From contig CAVSGI010000010.1 of the NCBI GenBank assembly GCA_963727445.1, forward strand, positions 1,344,001 through 1,408,000: a stretch of 64,000 bases of DNA, read 5' to 3'. The stretch is from an uncultured delta proteobacterium (GTDB taxonomy: Bacteria > Myxococcota_A > Polyangia > Polyangiales > B10-G4). Numbering within the stretch: the stretch's first letter is position 1; every line of letters begins with the position of its first letter. Of the stretch, positions 42,355 to 49,830 are shown in pieces. Position numbers and translations under genes: made by a program. The notes under the pieces are model-generated. The model saw only the letters and a program-made list of their open reading frames with translations, was not told the origin of the DNA and did not search any database.

Positions 42355-43395
42355 TCACGGGCACGCGCTGGCACCGCCGCCCACGCAGATCGTCAGAGAA
42401 CCGTAGTCGCAACACTGCCCCGAACAGCCACCGCAGGGACAGGCGCTGCACCCGAGCGTCGTGAAGGTCCGGCAGCTCCCGCCGACGCAAACGGCGTTCG
42501 GGGCGCACGGCATGTCACACCCACCGCAGTGTCGGGGATCGGTCGTGATGTCGACGCAGTGATTGGAGCAGTTCGTCATCGTGGTCGTGCAGCGGTCCTC
42601 GCAGGTTCCGCTGCGACACGTGACCTCGCTCCCCGTGTCGCAGGCCCTACCCTCCGAGCCGCAGTTGTTCGGGTCGGTTCGCAGGATGGTGCAGCTCCCG
42701 TCGGAGAGCATGTCGAGCTCCGGGCGACACTCGCAGCTCCCGCCGGTGCAGTACTGCTCGCCGACGGCGCAGGACGAGCCGCAGCCCGGCACGCTGGTGT
42801 CCTCCGTGCTCGTATCCCACGACCCCGTGTCCCAACCCGAGTCGACGCGGGAATCACGTCCGCTGTCCCTGACGTTCGTGTCGGGTCGCGCGTCCATCGC
42901 GGTGTCCGGGGGCGCGTCGGGGAGCGCGTCCATCGCTCCGTCGGGCGCCGTCGCGTCGGGCATACCCGCGTCGTCGGACGTACAGCGCCCCTCTGTGCAC
43001 TCCATCGACGTGCAGGCCGCCTCGCCCGGACCCGGGTCGAGCGTCACGACGAAGGGGTCCACCTCGGTCGGCAGCGTGAGCTCGCGACACCCTTCGACGT
43101 ACCAGTGGCAGCTCTCGTTGCGCGCCCTTCCGCGTACGGCGTAGCTCCCCGCAGGCAGCGCCATCGGCCGCATGGTGCCCGACCCCGAAAGCGGAACCTC
43201 GGCGCTGAAGAGCACGCGCCCGTCGCAGCTCCCCTCGAGGATCGACGCCTCGACGTAGCGCGCCTGCGCCCGCTCGGCCTCGGTTCGAAAGTGAACGCCC
43301 CAATGGAGCGGGTGCGCATCGGCCCGGCACGCCGTGAGCAGGGTCAGCAGGACCCAAGCAGCGCGAATCGTCAGTTGCGACCGTTCGGATGACAT
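42355..43395 (-). CDS. Cys-rich lipoprotein with STIG1-like (DxxNCGxC) repeats
   Basis: Lipobox LLTAC; Asp-rich linker; TDPNNCG and TDPRHCGGCDMPC repeats. Confidence 0.8.
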   Translation of the reverse strand: MSSERSQLTIRAAWVLLTLLTACRADAHPLHWGVHFRTEAERAQARYVEASILEGSCDGRVLFSAEVPLSGSGTMRPMALPAGSYAVRGRARNESCHWYVEGCRELTLPTEVDPFVVTLDPGPGEAACTSMECTEGRCTSDDAGMPDATAPDGAMDALPDAPPDTAMDARPDTNVRDSGRDSRVDSGWDTGSWDTSTEDTSVPGCGSSCAVGEQYCTGGSCECRPELDMLSDGSCTILRTDPNNCGSEGRACDTGSEVTCRSGTCEDRCTTTMTNCSNHCVDITTDPRHCGGCDMPCAPNAVCVGGSCRTFTTLGCSACPCGGCSGQCCDYGSLTICVGGGASACP

Positions 43396-44276
43396 TCGAG
43401 GCAGAAGTTCACGGAGGAGGTGCCGGTTGGATAATCCCGAACCTCACGGTGCTTGCTGTCCATGCGGGAGCGCGAGTGTTCTCCGGTGTGACAGCCGATG
43501 CAGTCGGTGTTCATCCCGCCCGTGCTCGGCCCGAGATCCGGGTTGTGGCAATCGAGGCAGGCGTAGTCGTGAGGCTCCCGCTGGATCGGGAAGCGCGACT
43601 CCGGGTGCGCGGCCTCGAGCGCCGGCGTCCACGCGGTCGTCGTGTGGCACGTGTCGCAGGTCGTCGGGAAGGAGCCGTGCCCCGGATAGGGGCTCGAGTC
43701 GTAGTCTGCGCGGTGACAGCCCACGCAATCGCGCGGCGTGCCCGCGTAAACCGGCGGGCTGCCCACGTGACAGCTCGAGCACGCCGTCGCCGCGTGGGCG
43801 CCGTCGAGGGGCCAGGAGTGATCGAAGGTCGAGGGCCGCCAGGCCGCGTCGTCGTGACACTGGGCGCAGTCCGTGGGGTAGCCGTCGTGCGGCGGCATGG
43901 TGGCGTTGTCGTAGTCGCTCTGATGACAACCGACGCAGGTGTTCGGCGTGTCGCCGGGACGGTAGCCGACCGTATGACACCGGTTGCAGTCGAGCTCCGC
44001 ATGCGCGTTCTGGAGCACGAACCACTCGTGGTTGATCGCCACCGCCGGAACCCACGCGTCCTCGGTGTGGCAGTCGGCGCACTTGGTGTCGAAGAGATCC
44101 TGGTGCACCGGATTGTCAGTCGCCTGGTACTCGGGGAGGTGGCAGAGGACGCAGTCCTCCTCCATCACCGGCACCGCCTCGTGCCGGGGGTCCTGACAGG
44201 CCCCGAGGGCCGCCGCGGCCACGAAAACCAGCCCCAGGACCACACTCCATCCCCGGCGAGACATGACCATACGCAT
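43371..44276 (-). CDS. Lipoprotein multiheme cytochrome c with 11 CxxCH motifs
   Basis: Lipobox ALGAC; CVLCH, CADCH, CNRCH, CVGCH, CAQCH, CSSCH, CVGCH, CDTCH, CLDCH, CIGCH, CLECH; start 44276/44270/44264. Confidence 0.92.
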   Translation of the reverse strand: MRMVMSRRGWSVVLGLVFVAAAALGACQDPRHEAVPVMEEDCVLCHLPEYQATDNPVHQDLFDTKCADCHTEDAWVPAVAINHEWFVLQNAHAELDCNRCHTVGYRPGDTPNTCVGCHQSDYDNATMPPHDGYPTDCAQCHDDAAWRPSTFDHSWPLDGAHAATACSSCHVGSPPVYAGTPRDCVGCHRADYDSSPYPGHGSFPTTCDTCHTTTAWTPALEAAHPESRFPIQREPHDYACLDCHNPDLGPSTGGMNTDCIGCHTGEHSRSRMDSKHREVRDYPTGTSSVNFCLECHPNGRN

Positions 44277-44320
44277 CGTATGTCACCCCGGGCCGATCGA
44301 TTGATCAATCTTTCGGACCG

Positions 44321-47020
44321 TCACCGATCGAGGGGGACGATGACCCGGGTCCGCTGCCCTGCCCTCACCCGGATCGTCGCGGCTTTTTCGGGGCTTCGGC
44401 CGAAAGGCAGGAGCCGCAAGCGGTAGCTTCCTGGCCTCAGGCGCAAGGTCCCTGGGGATCGCCCGACGCGTTGATCCCCGATATACACGTCCGCCCACCC
44501 ACCGGGCGTCGCGATGTTCACGCGACCGCGCCTCGGCTGACGGGTTGTCGTCGGGGCTCGTGCCCCCCCAGGGTCCGGCGCCTCCTCGACGCTGGGGTCG
44601 GACGCCTCCTCGAGAGTGGGATCCGGCTGCGGATCGGGATCGCCGGGACCCAGGAGCTCGAGGCCGTCCTCGTCGCCTGCCTCCACCGCGACAGCCTCGG
44701 GCGCTTCGGGCTCGCCAACGGATGGGGTCACCTCTTCTTCGGTCGTCTCCGTCTCGCCTTGCTCTCGGGTGTCTCGGGTTCCGCGCTCGGGGGTGAAGAC
44801 GTGGGTGCCTGCCCACACGCCGATCACCGCCACCGCGATCACCGCTCCGATCCAGCCGATCGCCCGCAGGGGCGAGTGCGACTCCTCCGAGGGGTAGTGG
44901 CTGATGCGCTGCTCGGGTGGCGGCACCTCGATCAATTCCGAGTCACCGAGATTCTGCGTGTGGTGGGCGTCGTGCTTCTGGGGACCGCGCACGTGCGCAA
45001 TCAGGTCCTCGAGGTGCTTTCGTTCCCGGCCGAAGACCCGCTCCATCCACTCGGCGAGGTCCGCTCGAGAGACGGGCTCGGCCTCCGCCGCCATCACGCG
45101 CGCCAGATCGCGCCCGAGATCGCGCGCCGTCGGGTAGCGCTGGTCGGGGTCTCGGCTGAGCGCTTTGAGGGTGACCCGGTCGAGCTCCGCGGAGACCCGC
45201 GGGTTGAGCTCGGAGGGCGGCGGGATGGGAGCGTCGAGCACCGCCATCAGGGTGTCGGGATCATTGTCGCGCCGGAAGAGCCGCCGCCCTGTGAGCAGCT
45301 CCCAGAGCACGATCCCCATCGCCCAGACGTCGACGCGACGGTCGAGCTTCTTTCGCCGGCACTGCTCCGGCGAGACGTAGCCCAGCTTGCCCTTCATGGC
45401 GCCGGTCTTGGTCTTGTGGAGCCGGCCCGCCGCCCGCGCGATGCCGAAGTCGACGACGGTGACATGGCCCCCGAAGCCGAGGAAGAGGTTCTGCGGTGAG
45501 ACGTCGCGGTGGATCACGTCGAGGGGCTTGCCGAAGTCGTCCTTCGTCTCGTGGGCGGCGTGAAGCCCTTCGCACGCGTCCGCGATGATGTAGGCGGCGA
45601 GGGCGGGCCATGTCGGCGCCTCTCGGTCCTCCTTGCTCTCCGCGATCTTCTTGAACACCGCCCCCAGGGTCTCGCCCTGGATGAACTCCATCGCGATGTA
45701 GTAGCCGCCGTCGACCCGTCCGAAATCGAAGACGCTGCACACGTTCGGGTGGTCGATGCGCGAGGCGATGCGCGCCTCGTCCAGGAACATCTCGATGAAG
45801 GACGCTTCCCTGGCGAGGTGGGGATGGATGCGCTTGAGGGCGACGAGCTTCTCGAAGCCGCCCGGCCCTTCGGCGCGCGCCAAGAAGACGGTCGCCATCC
45901 CGCCCGAGGCCAGCTCCGCGCTCAAGGTGTAACGGCCGAATTTCTGGCCCGGCTGGGCATCGGAAAAGGACGCGCCCGGCGGGCGAATGGGCGTGAGGGC
46001 CTGCCCGTCGGCGCTCGTCACGGCGGTCACGAAGGAGTCGGCATCGCCGAAGTCCTTCAGGCTCAGCTCCGGCCTGATCTCGCCGGTCGGCTCGGCGACG
46101 AAAGAGCTCGGGCCGGGCTTGGGGTGAGGCCGGGTGGTCGCCATGTCGGTCGCGCGCCCGGCGAGCACGTCCCGGGCTGCACGCCCGCCCGCCGCACGTG
46201 CGCGTGCCACGAAGCCCTCGAGCACGTCCGCCACGTCGCGCGCCCGCTCCGGCCGCTCCTTCGGCTCGACCGCCAACATCGAGCGCAACAGTGGTCTCAA
46301 CTCCTCGGGAACCCCATCCCAGGCAACCACCTCCAGATCGGCCTCGGCCGGCAAGGCCCCGGTGAAGGCGCGCACGAGGATGCGACCGAGGGAGTAGAGG
46401 TCCGCTCTCGCGTCCACCGCCCCACGCCGCCACTGCTCTGGCGCCATGTACTCCGGGGTTCCACCGACGAGCGCCTCCTCGTCATCGACGGCGATGGCGA
46501 CGCCGAAATCCGTCAGGCGAACGTCGCCCGCGCGCGAGATGAGGATGTTCCCCGGCTTGACGTCGCGATGGATGATCGGCTGATGCTCGTTGTGGTGTGC
46601 ATAGTCGAGAGCCCGCGCCACCTCCGCCACGACGTGCGCGACCACATCGGGCGCGAGCTGCATCCCGGACTCCTGCGCCTCGTCGAGGATCTGGCCGAGA
46701 TCCGTCCCGTCCACCCACTCCATGGCGAGGAAGTACTCGTCGCCGGCCCGTCCGAAATCGAACACGGGAACGATGTTGGCGTGGGCCAGCCGCATGGAGA
46801 GGCGCGCCTCGCTGACGAAACGGTCGAGCGTCCCCGGTCGCGACAGCCGCTCGGCCTGGATGCGCTTGATGCACAGGTCCTTCACCACCCCGCCGGGCCC
46901 GAACGCCCGGGCGCGATGGACTTCGCCCATGCTCCCGCGACCGAGCGACTCGAAGAGAATGTACTTCCCGACGCGCTCAGGGCCTCTTGCAGGGCTCGCC
47001 TCCGACACGGCGAGGATCAT
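44321..47020 (-). CDS. Tandem dual-domain Ser/Thr kinase with TM and PEGA domain
   Basis: Two complete kinase cores (HRDVKPGN/DFG and HRDVSPQN/DFG); TM; TPGGWADVYIGD PEGA; true start may be GTG 47008. Confidence 0.9.
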   Translation of the reverse strand: MILAVSEASPARGPERVGKYILFESLGRGSMGEVHRARAFGPGGVVKDLCIKRIQAERLSRPGTLDRFVSEARLSMRLAHANIVPVFDFGRAGDEYFLAMEWVDGTDLGQILDEAQESGMQLAPDVVAHVVAEVARALDYAHHNEHQPIIHRDVKPGNILISRAGDVRLTDFGVAIAVDDEEALVGGTPEYMAPEQWRRGAVDARADLYSLGRILVRAFTGALPAEADLEVVAWDGVPEELRPLLRSMLAVEPKERPERARDVADVLEGFVARARAAGGRAARDVLAGRATDMATTRPHPKPGPSSFVAEPTGEIRPELSLKDFGDADSFVTAVTSADGQALTPIRPPGASFSDAQPGQKFGRYTLSAELASGGMATVFLARAEGPGGFEKLVALKRIHPHLAREASFIEMFLDEARIASRIDHPNVCSVFDFGRVDGGYYIAMEFIQGETLGAVFKKIAESKEDREAPTWPALAAYIIADACEGLHAAHETKDDFGKPLDVIHRDVSPQNLFLGFGGHVTVVDFGIARAAGRLHKTKTGAMKGKLGYVSPEQCRRKKLDRRVDVWAMGIVLWELLTGRRLFRRDNDPDTLMAVLDAPIPPPSELNPRVSAELDRVTLKALSRDPDQRYPTARDLGRDLARVMAAEAEPVSRADLAEWMERVFGRERKHLEDLIAHVRGPQKHDAHHTQNLGDSELIEVPPPEQRISHYPSEESHSPLRAIGWIGAVIAVAVIGVWAGTHVFTPERGTRDTREQGETETTEEEVTPSVGEPEAPEAVAVEAGDEDGLELLGPGDPDPQPDPTLEEASDPSVEEAPDPGGARAPTTTRQPRRGRVNIATPGGWADVYIGDQRVGRSPGTLRLRPGSYRLRLLPFGRSPEKAATIRVRAGQRTRVIVPLDR

Positions 47021-47028
47021 ACGCGTCT

Positions 47029-48372
47029 TCAGTCGCGGCGTGATGGGGGCGGCGGTTTGAGGCCGAGCTTCTCCATCCGGTAGAGCAGAGCCCGGCGGGA
47101 GATCCCGAGTCGTTTCGCCGCGTGGGTGCGGTTGCCGCCGCAGGCTTCGAGGGCGGAGAGGATCACGTCGCGCTCCGCGTCGTCCACCTTCTGTACGAGG
47201 CTACCGCCTCGGGCGTTGCTGGGCGAAGCGGAGAGGTCGCCGAGATCTCCTGCTCGCACCAGCTCGTGGGGGGAAGTCGCCACCACGCGCTCCATCACGT
47301 TGCGGAGCTCGCGGACGTTGCCCGGCCATCGATGACTGCGAAGGGCGGCCACCGCGTCGGGGGCCAGCTCGAAGGAACGCGAGGGGCTGAGCTCGGAGAG
47401 GAAGTGCTGCGCCAGCGGGATCACGTCCTCGACGCGCTCCCTCAGGGGCGGCACGAGGATGCGGACGACATCGAGCCGAAACCGTAGGTCCTCCCGAAAG
47501 CTCCCGCGCTCGACCGCTACGTCGAGGTCCCGATTCGTCGCCGCGATGACGCGAACGTCGATTGGGATCTCCTCCGTGTCGCCCACCCGGGTGATGACGC
47601 GCGACTCGAGGGCGCGCAGGAGGCGGGCCTGGGTGGCGAGGCTCAGCTCGGCCACCTCGTCGAGAAAGAGCGTGCCGCCCCCAGCCGTCTCGAAGAGCCC
47701 GGGCCGCCGGTCGCTGGCGCCGGTGAAGGCGCCCTTTTCGTGTCCGAAGAGGGTGGACATGGCGACCCCCTCAGCGATGGCCCCGCAGTTGACCGCCACG
47801 AAGGGTCCTCCGGCGCGCCGGCTTCGGCGGTGGATGCGCTGAGCCAGCACCTCTTTGCCCGCCCCGGTCTCCCCGAAGAGCAGGATCGTGCTGTCGGTGG
47901 CCGCGGCGCGATCCGCGAGCTCCAGCACCTCGTGCATGGCGCGATCGTGCGCGACGAGATGTGCGTCGGCCTGCGGCTCGCGCAGGTCTTGCGCATGGCT
48001 CCGCGCCGCGGTCCCACCGACCACGACCACGAAACGCGCCTCGCCGACCTGCAACTCCGCCCCCGAGGCGACGCGCCGCGTGCCCCGCACGCGCTGTCCG
48101 TCCACCAGGGTTCCGTTTCGGCTTCCATAGTCGACCAAAGTGACCGTGCCGCCGCCGTCCCAGCGGAGCGTTGCGTGAGTTCGGCTGACCAATCCATCGT
48201 CGACGACCACGCCCGAGGAGCGACTGCGGCCGATGCTGAGCTCGGCCCCGCGCGGCAGCTCGGCCAGCGGAGGCGCAGCGGGCCCGGAAACCACGGTGAG
48301 ATAGGCGCGCGGTCCGTCATTCCTCGGTTTGTCGAGGGGGGAATCGAAAGTCGTGCCGTCTCTCGCCGCCAA
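47029..48372 (-). CDS. FHA-domain sigma-54 enhancer-binding protein
   Basis: FHA IGR..VSRTHA..DYGSRNGT; GETGAGKE, GAFTGA, LFLDEV, WPGNVREL; Fis-type HTH; start uncertain (TTG 48372 avoids overlap with next gene). Confidence 0.93.
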   Translation of the reverse strand: MAARDGTTFDSPLDKPRNDGPRAYLTVVSGPAAPPLAELPRGAELSIGRSRSSGVVVDDGLVSRTHATLRWDGGGTVTLVDYGSRNGTLVDGQRVRGTRRVASGAELQVGEARFVVVVGGTAARSHAQDLREPQADAHLVAHDRAMHEVLELADRAAATDSTILLFGETGAGKEVLAQRIHRRSRRAGGPFVAVNCGAIAEGVAMSTLFGHEKGAFTGASDRRPGLFETAGGGTLFLDEVAELSLATQARLLRALESRVITRVGDTEEIPIDVRVIAATNRDLDVAVERGSFREDLRFRLDVVRILVPPLRERVEDVIPLAQHFLSELSPSRSFELAPDAVAALRSHRWPGNVRELRNVMERVVATSPHELVRAGDLGDLSASPSNARGGSLVQKVDDAERDVILSALEACGGNRTHAAKRLGISRRALLYRMEKLGLKPPPPSRRD

Positions 48373-48440
48373 GTCGCCGGAGAAATTATCACGTAAGCGG
48401 ACTTGTCGCCTCCCGGGGACCGCGGTGTACATTCGAGATA

Positions 48441-49634
48441 GTGAGAGCCTCGCTTCTTCTTCTTTCGCTGGTGGCATCCCTGCTCAGCGCCGCCGGCTGC
48501 AACTCCGAGCCGCATCCGCTCCGTTGGGGGTTCAGCTTCGACAGCGACGCGGACCGCATGCGGGCGGTCTTCGTGGATGCGGTCATCGCCGAGGGGAGCT
48601 GTGACGGCACGGTGCAGTACGAGTCGCTGATCCAGGTGAGCACGGGCGTGTCCGCCGAACGGCCGAACACGCTGGACCCCGGGCATTACTGTTTCCGAGG
48701 GCGCGCCCGAGACATCGACTGCAACTGGTTCGTCAGCGGCGAGCTCGAGCTCGACCTGCCCACCGAGCAGTCGCCGATCATCGTCGCCCTGAACACCCCG
48801 GAGACGGGCGCAGCGTGCGCGATGATGGAGTGCAGCGAAGGCCTCTGCACCGGCGAGACGCTCGATGGTGGCATGGACGCCACCCCCGATTCGATGCTTG
48901 ACGGCACCACCGACAGCACGGTCGTGGACAGCGGAACCGACACCCGCGCGGACACGCGTCCACCGGACACGGGGATCACGGACACCTGCGTGTCGATGAT
49001 GGAGACGTGCAACGGACTCGACGACGACTGTGATGGTCGCACCGACGAGGACTTCGACCTCAACACGGACGACGCGAACTGCGGAAGCTGCGGGATGGCA
49101 TGCACGGGCGACCTGAGCTGCATGTCCGGCTCCTGCGACTGTCCTTCGTCGCTGACCTTCGATCCGCCGAACAACTGCATCGACACCACCGCGGACCCGA
49201 GCAACTGCGGGGCCGTGGGTACCGTTTGTCGCGACGATCAGTGGTGCCGGGACTCGATATGCGAGTGTCGTCCTGGGCTCACCGACGCGTCGGGGACCTG
49301 CGTCGATCTCTCCACCGACCCGATGAACTGCGGCTCCATCGGCAACGACTGCAGCACCATGGGGTCGATGGTCACCTGCCGAAACACCTGCGAGGACAGC
49401 TGCAACGCCGGCCAGACGAACTGCAGCAACGCCTGCGTCGACCTCAACTCCGACGACTTCAACTGCGGCCTGTGCGGAAATGCGTGCAGTCGCGACCGCT
49501 TCTGCCGGGCCGGTCGATGCGACCGCTACGTCGTGGCGACCGGCTGCTCGTCGTGCCCCTGTGGCGCTTGCGGAGGAGGAACCTTCGACAACTGCACCAG
49601 CTACGGCAGCGCGACGATCTGCTACAACGACTGA
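48441..49634 (+). CDS. Cys-rich lipoprotein with MopE-like and STIG1-like repeats
   Basis: Lipobox AAGC; ETCNGLDDDCDGRTDE; four DxxNCG repeats; paralog of 42355-43395. Confidence 0.82.
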   Translation: MRASLLLLSLVASLLSAAGCNSEPHPLRWGFSFDSDADRMRAVFVDAVIAEGSCDGTVQYESLIQVSTGVSAERPNTLDPGHYCFRGRARDIDCNWFVSGELELDLPTEQSPIIVALNTPETGAACAMMECSEGLCTGETLDGGMDATPDSMLDGTTDSTVVDSGTDTRADTRPPDTGITDTCVSMMETCNGLDDDCDGRTDEDFDLNTDDANCGSCGMACTGDLSCMSGSCDCPSSLTFDPPNNCIDTTADPSNCGAVGTVCRDDQWCRDSICECRPGLTDASGTCVDLSTDPMNCGSIGNDCSTMGSMVTCRNTCEDSCNAGQTNCSNACVDLNSDDFNCGLCGNACSRDRFCRAGRCDRYVVATGCSSCPCGACGGGTFDNCTSYGSATICYND

Positions 49635-49644
49635 CCCCTCGTCC

Positions 49645-49815
49645 AGAAAAAATGAGGCCGGCGGCCGCCGTCACGGATGTTGGGGGAGGGGAGGGGTATC
49701 CGTGAGCGACGACCGCCGGGTGGGAAGCTCGGACGGCTTGCGCTCGTCCGGGCGTGGTCTGCGGCTCCCACCCAGGTTGGATTGGGGAGGGGGTATGACT
49801 CGGTGACAACCGCCG
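49645..49815 (-). ncRNA. Structured RNA / terminator in lon 3' region (candidate 3'UTR sRNA)
   Basis: Two long hairpins with CCCCUCCCC loops, a GCAA-tetraloop hairpin between them, and a U-tract after the last stem; G-U pairs only work on the minus strand. Confidence 0.5.
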
Positions 49816-49830
49816 ACCCTTGTTCTTTGT

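Noticed and set aside
49681..49696. G-runs as a DNA G-quadruplex
   Set aside because: Only three adjacent G-runs; better explained as the complement of a C-rich RNA loop
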